The notes: generated by a model not told the origin, from the sequence alone. Shown: positions 51,885 to 62,651, counted from the first letter of the stretch. The stretch: 64,000 bases of DNA from Anaerolineae bacterium (GCA_027021705.1 JALUTT010000059.1:69687-133686), one strand, 5' to 3'. Made by a program: numbers and translations.

Positions 51885-52928
51885 ATGGCAACCCCAGTGA
51901 ATACCGAAGCTCGTGAGCCCCAGGAGCAGATCCGAGAGGTTGCCCTCCAAGTCTTCCAGGAGCAGCGGGATGCCCTCTGGCGGGAGATCGTGGAAGGTGA
52001 GCTCGGGCGCTTGCGGCGAACCTTCGAGGCGGAGTTCCGGCAGGTGTGGAGGGCTATCGAGGCGTTAACCGAGGCCCAGAGACGTTCTGAAGCGCGGCTG
52101 AGCCGGCTGGAGGCCACCGTCCAGGCCCTGGCCGAGGCCCAGCAGCGAGCCGAGGAGCGGCTGAGCAAAGTTGAAGAACGGCTGAGCCGGCTGGAGGCCA
52201 CCGTCCAGGCCCTGGCCGAGGCTCAGCAGCGTACTGAGGAGCGGCTCAACCAGTTGGCCGAGGCCCAGCAGCGAGCCGAGGAGCGGCTGAGCAAAGTTGA
52301 AGAACGGCTGAGCCGGCTGGAGGCCACCGTCCAGGCCCTGGCCGAGGCCCAGCAGCGAGCCGAGGAGCGGCTGAGCAAAGTTGAAGAACGGCTGAGCCGG
52401 CTGGAGGCCACCGTCCAGGCCCTGGCCGAGGCCCAGCAGCGCACCGAGGAAGCTCTGGTCCGTCTGGCCGAGGCTCAGCAGCATATGGAAGAGCGCCTGG
52501 ATCAAGTAGACAAGCAGCTCAGCACCATCGGCAACATCTTGGGACTAGACGCTGAGGGAGATGCCCAGGAAATCCTTGCCTTCATCCTGGAGCAAAAGGG
52601 ATACCGCTTGCTAACTCCCCCCCACGGCCTGGACATAGACGGCGAGGTGGACCTGGTGATGCCGGTGAAGACACCGGAGGGAGAACGGGCCTGGATCGTG
52701 CTGGAGGCCAAGAAGCGGGTTCGGCTCAAGGAGTTGCGCCGTTGGGCGAAACGGCTGCAATCCAAAGCTTTTCTTCGACGCCTGAAAGAGGCAGGCATCA
52801 CCAAACCGCTGATCCCTTACCTCTTTGGGCTGCGCGTCTACGCCGTCGTGGACACCGAGGCCCGCAAGCTGGGCATCGGCGTGCTGGACCCTGACGGAGA
52901 GCGGGTGGCCCCCCGGGCGATACGCTGA
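51885..52928 (+). CDS. Heptad-repeat coiled-coil protein with C-terminal PD-(D/E)XK-like domain
   Basis: Repeats AEAQQRAEERLSKVEERLSRLEATVQAL, C-terminal GEVDLV...IVLEAKKR. SD AGGAGAGG. Confidence 0.75.
   Translation: MATPVNTEAREPQEQIREVALQVFQEQRDALWREIVEGELGRLRRTFEAEFRQVWRAIEALTEAQRRSEARLSRLEATVQALAEAQQRAEERLSKVEERLSRLEATVQALAEAQQRTEERLNQLAEAQQRAEERLSKVEERLSRLEATVQALAEAQQRAEERLSKVEERLSRLEATVQALAEAQQRTEEALVRLAEAQQHMEERLDQVDKQLSTIGNILGLDAEGDAQEILAFILEQKGYRLLTPPHGLDIDGEVDLVMPVKTPEGERAWIVLEAKKRVRLKELRRWAKRLQSKAFLRRLKEAGITKPLIPYLFGLRVYAVVDTEARKLGIGVLDPDGERVAPRAIR
52096..52445 (+). repeat. Intragenic tandem repeats built from 21-bp modules (84-bp main unit)
   Basis: GGCTGAGCCGGCTGGAGGCCACCGTCCAGGCCCTGGCCGAGGC recurs at ~52096, 52180, 52306 and 52390. 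Confidence 0.9.
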
Positions 52929-52983
52929 CCGAAGCGGAGCAGCCCACCGTCTCCCCTTCTACAACCCGATCCCTGAGTGGTCT

Positions 52984-54360
52984 ATGAGCGCCCACTGCCC
53001 CAGTTGTGGCCGCTTCGTTGGCCCTTACGAGCGATGTCCCTACTGTGGTGCCAACCTCGCCGGCCGCCTCTCCCTCCGGGTTCTCAAGCTCGGCGCCCTG
53101 ATCCTAGCCCTGGCCGGGTTCGCCCTCCTCTGGTTCGTCGCTGCCCGCTCTTCCATCCCCACCCTCTCCCCTCACGAGATCGAGCGGATGATGAACCTGG
53201 CCTACGTGCGGGTGGTGGGGCTGGTCACCCAAGGACCAAGTTACGATCCCGAGACGGCCTACCTCAGCTTCCGGCTGGAGGATGACGGCGGCGAGGTTCG
53301 GGTGATCGCCTACGCCAACGAGACCCGCGCCCTCCTGGAGGCCGGTTCTCTCCCCGGCCTGGGGGATTGGGTAGCCGCCGTCGGCACCCTCCGCATCCGT
53401 GAAGGCGTGCCGACGTTGATCCTCGATGCCCCCCATCGGCTGACGGTCGCCCGGCCAGAGCCCAGCCCCCGCGCTATTGCAGAGGTCGGCCCTCAGGATG
53501 CGTTTCGCCGGGTTACCGTGCGCGGTCAGGTGCGCGGCAATCGCCGGCCCTACGCCGGGCTGACCCTCCTGCGGCTGCGCGATGCGACAGGGGAGATCGA
53601 GGTCGCCATCCCCGACGACGTGACGGCGCTGACAGGACCCCTGGAGGTGCCCCCGATCGGCCAAGCCGTTCAGGTCACCGGCACCGTCACCCTCTACCGG
53701 GATCGGCCGCAGATCAGCTTGACCGATGCGGCGGAGATAGCGTCGCTGGAGGAGCCGGTCCCCATTGCCGAGCCCATCCCTATCGCCGGCCTGGGCAGCC
53801 GGGTAGGCCGTTGGGTGGAGGTGAGGGGGCAGATCCGACGGCTCTCTCCCTTCTCGGCCGGCCTCAAGGTGACGCTGGAAGACAGTACGGGACAGGCAAC
53901 GCTCCTCCTCTGGCAATCGGTCTACGAGATGCTGACCGACCCGGGGGCTTGGCAGGAGGGGGCGACGGTGGTGGCCCAGGGGGAGGTCAACCGCTATCGA
54001 GGTGAGATGGAGGTGGTGCCGGAGCTGGCTGGTGACGTGATGGTGGTGGTTCCGCCCGAAGAGCAGCCATCCCTCTCCCCCGGCGATCTCTCCATCGCCC
54101 TGTTGGGGCGGACCGTCGAGGTCGAAGGGGTGCTGGGGGAAAGGCGTTCCTTTAGCCGGGGGGTGACCTTCCGCTTGCAGGGCGGGGGCGGCACCGTGGT
54201 CCTGTTGCTGTGGCAGGAGGTCTACCAGGACCTGCCCGACCCGAAGGCCCTGCGCCCCGGCGTCCGGGTGCGGGTGCGAGGGAAACTGGACCGCTACCGG
54301 GGCGAGTTGGAGGTCATTCCCCGTCAGGGCCGCGACGTGCAGATCGTGAGCGAGCCGTGA
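52984..54360 (+). CDS. Zinc ribbon + TM helix + four OB-fold nucleic-acid-binding domains
   Basis: CPSCG..CPYCG and one TM, then four units of V.V.G.V...L.D.tG...G..V.V.G....YRG..E. ATG at 52984. Confidence 0.8.
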   Translation: MSAHCPSCGRFVGPYERCPYCGANLAGRLSLRVLKLGALILALAGFALLWFVAARSSIPTLSPHEIERMMNLAYVRVVGLVTQGPSYDPETAYLSFRLEDDGGEVRVIAYANETRALLEAGSLPGLGDWVAAVGTLRIREGVPTLILDAPHRLTVARPEPSPRAIAEVGPQDAFRRVTVRGQVRGNRRPYAGLTLLRLRDATGEIEVAIPDDVTALTGPLEVPPIGQAVQVTGTVTLYRDRPQISLTDAAEIASLEEPVPIAEPIPIAGLGSRVGRWVEVRGQIRRLSPFSAGLKVTLEDSTGQATLLLWQSVYEMLTDPGAWQEGATVVAQGEVNRYRGEMEVVPELAGDVMVVVPPEEQPSLSPGDLSIALLGRTVEVEGVLGERRSFSRGVTFRLQGGGGTVVLLLWQEVYQDLPDPKALRPGVRVRVRGKLDRYRGELEVIPRQGRDVQIVSEP

Positions 54361-54389
54361 AAGACGGCCGATGCGACGGAGAGGTCTCG

Positions 54390-55706
54390 ATGCTCTTCTG
54401 GCCTTCTCTCGGGTACGCGCTGATAGGGGCGCTCCTGGCCGCCCTCCTCACCCCCATCCCCGCCCTGCACGTCTACAACGTGGCCGGCCTACTCCTCCTC
54501 GCTTACGATGGGCTGCGTCCCCTCCTCCCGCCTGAGGGGTTGGCAATGTTCCTGATGGGAATGGTGACCGGCTACGCGATGCTCAACGCCATCCCTGCTG
54601 TCTTCTTCACCGCTCCCGACGAGAGCGTCCTCTTCGTCGTCCTGCCCGGCCAGAAGTACCTGCTCCAGCGCCGGGGGTACGAGGCTGTGCTGCTGACGGG
54701 TCTCGGAGGGCTGGGAGGCGTGATGGTGCTGGTGGCCTTGGCTCCTGTGGCCTCCCGCCTCTTTCCCACCCTGCGGGCCATCCTGCAACCCCACTTGCCC
54801 TGGATCCTGGTGACCATCACGGCCTACATGCTGCTATCGGAGTGGCCCAAAGGGACGGACCGGGCTCGGACTTCCTGGGGCAAGCTGGCCGAGGCGTGGC
54901 GCTCGCTGGGAGCCGGCCTGTTCACCTTCTTCCTCTCCGGCTTGTTGGGGATCATCCTCTTCCGTCGCAACTTGGTCCCCGTGACGGTGGCCTATCAGGG
55001 ATTGCTGCCGGCCTTCCTGGGGCTCTTCGCCATCCCCTGGCTGTTGCAGAACATCATCACCCGTATAGAGCTTCCACCCCAGTACGTCGCCTCTTCGGTG
55101 GACATCTCCCTCCCCCTGCTTCTGCGCGGCGTGGCCGCCGGAGCCCTGGGCGGCTTCCTGGCCGCCTTCTTCCCCGTCATCACCGGAGGGATCGGCGGGT
55201 TCCTGGCCGGTCACGCCACCGCCCAGCGGGATGACCGCCTCTTCCTCCTCTCCCAGGGCGCTTCTCGGGTCGTCTACTACGTAGGCGGGTTCCTGCTCTT
55301 CTTCGTGCCGGGGCTGCACCTCACCCGAGGGGGGATGGCCTGGATGGTGGACCCCCTCTACCGTCCGGGCGGACCGGAGGCCCTCTACCGGGCGGTGGCG
55401 GCCCTCCTGGCGGCCGGCCTCCTCGCCTTCTTCCTGCTCCCACCGCTGACCCGGCTGGCCCTGGGACTGGTAGGGCGTCTGGGCTACCGGACCACCTCGG
55501 TGGTCAGCCTGGGCCTCGTCCTGGCCCTCCTCCTGGGGCTGACGGGACCGGGAGGGCTGCTCGTCGCCGCCGTCGCCACCGGCATTGGCCTCATCCCCGT
55601 CTTGTGGGGATCCCGCCGGATGAACGGGCTGGGCCTGTTGCTGATTCCTGTGACGCTGAACATGCTGGGGGTGGGGAGCCGGGTGGCCGGCTGGCTGGGG
55701 CTCTGA
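54390..55706 (+). CDS. TctA-like (COG1784/DUF112-type) multi-pass membrane protein
   Basis: TPIPALHVYN, AIPAVFFTAPDES...VLPGQKYLLQRRGYEAV and >10 hydrophobic segments. An alternative GTG start at 54357 overlaps the upstream stop. Confidence 0.75.
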   Translation: MLFWPSLGYALIGALLAALLTPIPALHVYNVAGLLLLAYDGLRPLLPPEGLAMFLMGMVTGYAMLNAIPAVFFTAPDESVLFVVLPGQKYLLQRRGYEAVLLTGLGGLGGVMVLVALAPVASRLFPTLRAILQPHLPWILVTITAYMLLSEWPKGTDRARTSWGKLAEAWRSLGAGLFTFFLSGLLGIILFRRNLVPVTVAYQGLLPAFLGLFAIPWLLQNIITRIELPPQYVASSVDISLPLLLRGVAAGALGGFLAAFFPVITGGIGGFLAGHATAQRDDRLFLLSQGASRVVYYVGGFLLFFVPGLHLTRGGMAWMVDPLYRPGGPEALYRAVAALLAAGLLAFFLLPPLTRLALGLVGRLGYRTTSVVSLGLVLALLLGLTGPGGLLVAAVATGIGLIPVLWGSRRMNGLGLLLIPVTLNMLGVGSRVAGWLGL

Positions 55707-55712
55707 GGCGGG

Positions 55713-55740
55713 TTGAATTTGGGGGAAGGGGTGTTACAAT
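55713..55740 (+). promoter_or_regulatory. Putative promoter of the downstream lipoprotein/hflX genes
   Basis: TTGAAT-16 bp-TACAAT with TG extension. Confidence 0.5.
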
Positions 55741-55794
55741 TAAGGGAGGCGACGAAGGGACCTTCTGGGGCTGAGTTGGTGAGGGGAGAGCGAG

Positions 55795-56976
55795 ATGGAG
55801 TTGCGAGGATGGTGGCGAGGAGGGCTTGTGGGCATCGCGCTGCTGGTGGTACTCGCCTGTCAGATCGGCCGGCCGCCGGGCGGGGTCACCCCAGGGCCGA
55901 CACCGACCCGCTGGCTGCCGCCGACCCCGACGGGAACGCCGACTTGGACACCGTTGCCTCCCCTGAGCGTGGTCACCTTTACGCCGACGCCGACCGTCGT
56001 GCTGCCCACCCGCACGCCAACGCCCCGGCCGTCGCCCACCCCTACCCGGGGACCGACGCCCACGGTCGCCGTCGCTCCCCGTTCGTTGCAGGAGCGGACA
56101 GGTGCCGTGCTGGCCCGGCTGGCTGCCTTGGGGATCGAACCTCACTGTCTGCTCTGGACCGACAGCGATGGCGACGGTGAACGGGAATGGGTGGGCCTCT
56201 ACCGGGAGGCCGTCGGTTCACCGGTGCTGGGTTTTGTCCTGGACGGCGAGACGCTCTACACCTTGAGCCCGCCCGACACGCTAGGCGTCGGGTTGGGGGA
56301 GCGTCCCACCTGCAACCTGCAAGTGCGCCCGCTCAGCCCTTACCCGGTCATCCTGGTGTGGGGCAGCGCCGGTGCCCATCTCTCCCTGCTCCACCTCTTC
56401 CGCTGGGACGGTCGGGCCTACCAGGTCGTGGGGGCCTTCGGGGGAGATGGTGGGATTTCCTTCGTCGCTCCCGACCCGGGCTCCGGGTTGCCTCAGGAGA
56501 TCATCGTCCGGCAACGGGGAGACCCGGACCGCTTCGATCGGGAGGAGGTCTGGCAGTGGGACGGGGAACGCTACCGGCTGGACCGCTCGCGCTACGTCTT
56601 CAGCGCCCTGCGGGCACGGGGTGCTCCCTATCCCGACCGCTCCCCAGGGGACGCGGTCATCTCCTTCTACCTGGCCATCAACGACCGGGACCTGCCGGGG
56701 GCCTACGCCCTCTTCACGCCCCAGGCCCAGGCCAGTCGGCCCCGGGCGCGATGGTATGCCGGATTCGCCACCACGTTGGGCGTCGAGGTCAACGAGATCC
56801 GAACCGTCAGCGAGACCGCTGAGGACACAGCTACCATCGTGGTCCGCATCCGGGCCCAGGACAACCGGGGAGCCCGCGTTGAGGTGACTTCCTGGGAGGT
56901 AACCTGGACCGTGGTCGCCACGCCCGACGGCTGGCGGCTGGACCGCTCCACCCCAAAGCGGATCGGGAGCGAGTGA
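55795..56976 (+). CDS. Hypothetical lipoprotein with Pro/Thr linker
   Basis: Lipobox VLAC, PTPT repeats, DSDGDGE motif, C-terminal FYLAINDRD..AYALF domain. Confidence 0.7.
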   Translation: MELRGWWRGGLVGIALLVVLACQIGRPPGGVTPGPTPTRWLPPTPTGTPTWTPLPPLSVVTFTPTPTVVLPTRTPTPRPSPTPTRGPTPTVAVAPRSLQERTGAVLARLAALGIEPHCLLWTDSDGDGEREWVGLYREAVGSPVLGFVLDGETLYTLSPPDTLGVGLGERPTCNLQVRPLSPYPVILVWGSAGAHLSLLHLFRWDGRAYQVVGAFGGDGGISFVAPDPGSGLPQEIIVRQRGDPDRFDREEVWQWDGERYRLDRSRYVFSALRARGAPYPDRSPGDAVISFYLAINDRDLPGAYALFTPQAQASRPRARWYAGFATTLGVEVNEIRTVSETAEDTATIVVRIRAQDNRGARVEVTSWEVTWTVVATPDGWRLDRSTPKRIGSE

Positions 56977-57066
56977 TGGGGTTGCTGGAGCCCGGCGAGA
57001 TCCCCTGTTGCGTCATCGGGGAGGCCAGCACTCCACGAAGGCCGCCACGCCTTAACCCTAAGGAGG

Positions 57067-58488
<1,422 letters not shown>

Positions 58489-58492
58489 GGAT

Positions 58493-58705
58493 ATGACCCA
58501 ACGGATCTCCCAATGGCTCTCCGACTTCGCCAACTTTATGGCCCAGGTGCGAGGGTTGCCCCACATCATCGCCATTGTCCTGGTCATCCTGAACTTCATC
58601 TTTGGTTTTATCCCGGCCTTGGAGTGGTGGGCCAAGCACGATGTACTGCTGCACGTTGCCCTCTTGCTTGCCTTCAGTGGCTCCCTGCTCGCCTCGGCGC
58701 TGTAG
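58493..58705 (+). CDS. Small two-TM membrane protein
   Basis: 70 aa with two hydrophobic segments. Tightly packed between hflX and ROK, with an SD. Confidence 0.65.
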   Translation: MTQRISQWLSDFANFMAQVRGLPHIIAIVLVILNFIFGFIPALEWWAKHDVLLHVALLLAFSGSLLASAL

Positions 58706-58729
58706 AGAGGACCTGGGAGAGCAACCGAT

Positions 58730-59689
58730 ATGGAAGGCTCCATCATTGCTGTTGACTTGGGAGGCACTTGGCTGCGGGTGGCCCGCTACCGGGCCGATGG
58801 CACCCGCCAACAGCGCCTCAGGATGGCCACCCGCGCCGAGGAGGGGGCCGAGGCGGTGATCGAGCGGGTCGTCCAGGGCGTGCAGGCCGTTCTGCCGGAA
58901 GACGGAAGGGTCAAGGCCGTTGGTCTGGCGATGCCCGGTCCCCTCGACCCCTACCGGGGCGTCGTCATCGAGGCCCCCAACCTGCCCGGCTGGGAGCGGG
59001 TTCCCATCCGTGACCGGCTGCAGGAAGCCTTGGGCCTGCCTGTCTACGTGGGAAATGATGCCAACCTGGCCGCATTGGGCGAGCACCGCTATGGGGCTGG
59101 ACGAGGAGTGGGCGATCTGGTCTACATCACGGTGAGCACCGGTGTGGGGGGGGGGATCATCGTGCAGGGACGGCTCCTGCTGGGTAGTGGCGGGCTGGCG
59201 GGGGAGATCGGCCATATGGTGGTGGAGCCGGACGGGCCGCCCTGTCCTTGCGGGCGCTGGGGCTGTCTAGAGGCCCTTGCCAGCGGTACTGCCCTGGGGC
59301 GTCAGGCCCGCGAACTGGCTGCCCGGGGCCAGGCCGAGGTGATCCTGCGCCGGGCAGGCCGCCTGGAGGCTATTGACGGGGCAACCGTCGGCGACGCTGC
59401 GCTTCAGGGAGACCCGGTGGCCCAAGAGTTGATCCGGCGAGCTGGCTACTATCTGGGACTTGCCATCACCAACCTGATGCACCTGCTGAATCCGGCCCGC
59501 TTCGTCCTGGGCGGGGGGGTTACCCAGGTGGGGGACCTCCTCTTCGACGCGATCAAGACCACGGTCCGGGAGCGGACGATGGGGCCGCTCTACTGGGAGG
59601 GGGTGGAGATCGTGCCAGCCGAGTTGGGCGATGATGTGGGGCTCCTGGGGGCGCTGGCCCTTGTCCTCTCCGAAGCCGAAGCAGCGTAG
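58730..59689 (+). CDS. ROK-family sugar kinase (glucokinase-like)
   Basis: DLGGT, NDANLAALGE, STGVGGG, GEIGH, CPCGRWGCLE. Confidence 0.92.
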   Translation: MEGSIIAVDLGGTWLRVARYRADGTRQQRLRMATRAEEGAEAVIERVVQGVQAVLPEDGRVKAVGLAMPGPLDPYRGVVIEAPNLPGWERVPIRDRLQEALGLPVYVGNDANLAALGEHRYGAGRGVGDLVYITVSTGVGGGIIVQGRLLLGSGGLAGEIGHMVVEPDGPPCPCGRWGCLEALASGTALGRQARELAARGQAEVILRRAGRLEAIDGATVGDAALQGDPVAQELIRRAGYYLGLAITNLMHLLNPARFVLGGGVTQVGDLLFDAIKTTVRERTMGPLYWEGVEIVPAELGDDVGLLGALALVLSEAEAA

Positions 59690-61468
59690 ATGAACAGACT
59701 CTCCCGCTGGATTGTAGATGGCTATCGTGCGCTGGCGCGGGCGTACTACCACCTCCGGTATCGGGCCGTGGCCCGTCAGTTGGGCTCGCTGACGGAGCCT
59801 TCTTCAGGAGCCCCGCACGACCGACGCCCCGGCTTCATCATCATCCAGTTGGATGGCCTCTCCTACGATCACCTGGTCCAGGCGCTGGCTCAGGGGTACG
59901 CCCCCCACATCAAGCGGTTGCTCGCCTCCGGGCAGGTCCGGCTCGCGCCCTGGCGTTGTGGCCTGCCCAGTACCACGCCGGCCGTCCAGGCCGGCCTGAT
60001 GTTTGGCGACAACGAGGACATTCCCGGCTTCCGTTGGTACGAGAAGGAACGGCAGCGCTCGCTGGTCTGCAAGTGGCCCGGCCATGCCCGCCTGATCCAA
60101 TCGCGCCTGGCTGCCCGGCGACCTGGCATCCTGCGCGGCGGCTCCAGCTACTTCAACGTCCTGGACGGTGAAGCCGAGTGGGCGGTCTTCACCTTGAGCG
60201 CTCTCCGTCCCCCCCGCCTTTTCAGCAGCGTGCGGAGCCTGGGGGTGCTCTTCCTCTTCCTGCTCAGCCCTCGACGCATCCTGCGCATCGTAGGACTCAC
60301 CCTCTGGTATTACCTGAAAGACCTAATGCGTCGCCTTTGGGCTGCCCTGCAGCCAGGAAGGTCCTCTTATCGTCTCTTCGATCCCCTTTCTCCCCTCTTC
60401 CACATCTTCATCAACATCCTCTTCCAAGAAGTGCAGACCTTCGGCGTGATGCTGGACATCTACCGGGGAGCACCGGCCATCTACGTCAACTTCACCACCT
60501 ACGACGAAGTGGCTCACCAGGTCGGTCCTACCCACAAGCTCGCCTTTCAGGCCATCAAGCAGGCCGACCGCCAGATCCAGCGCATCAACCGGATGCGCGT
60601 GCACACCACCAGCCGCCGTTACGACCTCTACATCCTCTCCGACCACGGGATCACCCCCTCGGTTCCCTTCCAGGAGCGGTTTGGGCAGCGGCTGGGGGAC
60701 TACCTACGGGAGCAGATCGGCGATCCGTTGGTCTTGGAGGAGACGGGCGAAGCCCACGAGCAGACCCTGGCCAAGGCCCGTTACCTGGCCGACGAACTGC
60801 AGGGGCTGGAAGAACGGCTCTCCTCACGGGGGGCGGCCATCGTGCGGGCTGCCCGTCGCTACGTCAACCGGCGCATCCCTGCCGATTGGGAACACGAGGG
60901 CTGGGACCTGGCCCGTCGAAGAGATGTGGTCGTTCAGGACTCGGGTCCCTTAGCCCATGTCTACTTCAACGTGACCCAGGATCGGCTCATCCTGAGCGAT
61001 ATTGTGCTTCTCTACCCCCGGTTGCTCAACAATCTGCTGGACCATCCCGGCATCGGCCTGGTGGTGGGGCTGGAGGATGGGGCGGTGATCGTGATGGGCA
61101 AGGGAGGAACGCTCTCGGTGCGGGATGGCGAAGTCCGCCGGCACGGTGATGACCCGCTGGCCGGGCTGGCCGACCGGGATTACCTGCTGGAGCAGATCGC
61201 CCGGTTGGCCCGCTTTCCCCATTCCGGTGATCTGATCCTCTTCGGGGCCTGGCTGGAGGATGGGCGGGTGATCAGCTTCGAGAATCAGCGGGGAACCCAC
61301 GGGGGGATCGGTGGGCCTCAAGGATACCCCTTCCTCATCTACCCGGCGGAGATCGGGCTTGCTCTGAACCACGTGCGCAACGCGACGGACCTCTACACCC
61401 ACTTTCGTCGCTACCGCCTTCCCGAGAGGGTTCATCCCCGGAGCCGGCCGGGAAGTTCCGTCCAGTAG
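59690..61468 (+). CDS. Alkaline phosphatase superfamily (phosphodiesterase/NPP-like) protein
   Basis: IQLDGLS, LPSTTPAVQAG, YDEVAH, LSDHG, GTHGG. Confidence 0.8.
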   Translation: MNRLSRWIVDGYRALARAYYHLRYRAVARQLGSLTEPSSGAPHDRRPGFIIIQLDGLSYDHLVQALAQGYAPHIKRLLASGQVRLAPWRCGLPSTTPAVQAGLMFGDNEDIPGFRWYEKERQRSLVCKWPGHARLIQSRLAARRPGILRGGSSYFNVLDGEAEWAVFTLSALRPPRLFSSVRSLGVLFLFLLSPRRILRIVGLTLWYYLKDLMRRLWAALQPGRSSYRLFDPLSPLFHIFINILFQEVQTFGVMLDIYRGAPAIYVNFTTYDEVAHQVGPTHKLAFQAIKQADRQIQRINRMRVHTTSRRYDLYILSDHGITPSVPFQERFGQRLGDYLREQIGDPLVLEETGEAHEQTLAKARYLADELQGLEERLSSRGAAIVRAARRYVNRRIPADWEHEGWDLARRRDVVVQDSGPLAHVYFNVTQDRLILSDIVLLYPRLLNNLLDHPGIGLVVGLEDGAVIVMGKGGTLSVRDGEVRRHGDDPLAGLADRDYLLEQIARLARFPHSGDLILFGAWLEDGRVISFENQRGTHGGIGGPQGYPFLIYPAEIGLALNHVRNATDLYTHFRRYRLPERVHPRSRPGSSVQ

Positions 61469-61473
61469 GGAGA

Positions 61474-61502
61474 TTGGCAGAGCGGGGCAATCGGGTTATA
61501 AT
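61474..61502 (+). promoter_or_regulatory. sigma70 promoter of ftsY-prfB
   Basis: TTGGCA-17 bp-TATAAT. Confidence 0.7.
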
Positions 61503-61519
61503 TTGTGCAATGCCGGTCC

Positions 61520-61568
61520 ACCCTCCCGCAGGAGACGATTGATCGCGCCCTGAACCCTGTGGGAGGGT
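61520..61568. repeat. Short divergent relative of the MITE inner inverted repeat
   Basis: ACCCTCCCGCAGG...CCTGTGGGAGGGT around an unrelated 23-bp interior. Confidence 0.6.
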
Positions 61569-61605
61569 GTACAGTGCCCGACACCCGATCTCCTAAACGG
61601 TTTTC

Positions 61606-61727
61606 GTATCTATTCAGCTTACCCTCCCGCAGGTCACCGGTCGAGGGCGCTTTCTGCCCCGATGGGCTATTGGAAGCACGGTTTCGCATCGGAAACGCGC
61701 CTAACCTGCGGGAGGGTGAACAGTTAC
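61606..61727 (+). mobile_element. MITE copy D (122 bp, full length)
   Basis: GTATCTATTCA...TGAACAGTTAC. Flanking direct repeat CGGTTTTC at 61598-61605 and 61728-61735. Confidence 0.9.
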
Positions 61728-61751
61728 CGGTTTTCAGGAGGCGATTCAAAC

Positions 61752-62651
61752 GTGACCAGCTTTCTCGACAGCCTGACCCGCACCCGGCGGTCCGTCTTCG
61801 GGCGCATTGCCAACCTGTTGGGAGCGGGAGAGATCACCGATGAGACGTGGGACGAACTGGAAGCGCTGTTGATCCAGGCCGATGTGGGAGTCGAGACCAC
61901 CCTGGAGGTGATCGAGACGCTCCAGCGGCGGGTACGTCAGGAGGGGATCGTCCGCGCGTCGGACCTCTACCGGACGTTGCGGGAAGAGTTGCGGGCCCTG
62001 CTGCCCTCACCGCCGCCGTTGGCGCTGGAGAAGCCACGGATGCTGACGGTGGTGCTGATCGTCGGCGTCAATGGATCGGGGAAGACGACCAGCATCGGCA
62101 AGATGGCCTACTACTACAAGCGGCGGGGGCGCAAAGTGGTCCTGGCGGCCGGCGATACCTTCCGGGCTGCGGCCATCGAGCAGCTCCAGATATGGGGGGA
62201 GCGGGCCGGCGTTCCGGTCATCGCCGGGCAGCCGGGGGGGGATCCCGGCGCGGTGCTCTACGATGCCATCCGTGCCTCCCGGGCTCGGGGCTATGACCTG
62301 CTCATCGCCGACACGGCCGGCCGGCTCCACACCCAGTATAACCTGATGGCCGAGTTGAAGAAGATGCACGGTGTGGCCCGTAAGAACGTCCATGAGGCCC
62401 CCCACGAGACCCTGCTGGTGCTGGACGCCGCCACCGGTCAGAACGCCCTTTCTCAGGCCCGCTACTTCCAGGAAGCCGTCGAAGTCACCGGCATCATCCT
62501 GGCCAAGCTGGATGGATCGGCCAAAGGTGGGATGGTCTTTGCCATCGCCCGGCAGTTGGGGCTTCCCATCCGCTTTGTGGGCACCGGTGAGCGCATCGAG
62601 GACTGGGCGGAATTCGACCCGGACCTCTTCATCGAAGGACTCTTTGCGTAG
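61752..62651 (+). CDS. ftsY: SRP receptor FtsY (NG domain only)
   Basis: [43 protein letters not shown] start after AGGAGG. Confidence 0.96.
   Translation: MTSFLDSLTRTRRSVFGRIANLLGAGEITDETWDELEALLIQADVGVETTLEVIETLQRRVRQEGIVRASDLYRTLREELRALLPSPPPLALEKPRMLTVVLIVGVNGSGKTTSIGKMAYYYKRRGRKVVLAAGDTFRAAAIEQLQIWGERAGVPVIAGQPGGDPGAVLYDAIRASRARGYDLLIADTAGRLHTQYNLMAELKKMHGVARKNVHEAPHETLLVLDAATGQNALSQARYFQEAVEVTGIILAKLDGSAKGGMVFAIARQLGLPIRFVGTGERIEDWAEFDPDLFIEGLFA

Noticed and set aside
52825..52983. Upstream extensions of the OB-fold ORF (52825) and TctA-like ORF (54210)
   Set aside because: They overlap the preceding genes in another frame. Downstream ATGs at 52984 and 54390 fit the domain starts better.
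51238..55706. Integrative island at tRNA-Ser
   Set aside because: No integrase and no duplicated tRNA 3' end were seen, and these genes lie on the 5' side of the tRNA.
61662..61751. Recurrent peptide MG(Y/H)[16 protein letters not shown] in several ORFs (also 4903, 9624-9950, 50977), including an apparent FtsY N-terminal extension
   Set aside because: It is a translation of the MITE interior with no SD. FtsY has a good SD and GTG at 61752.
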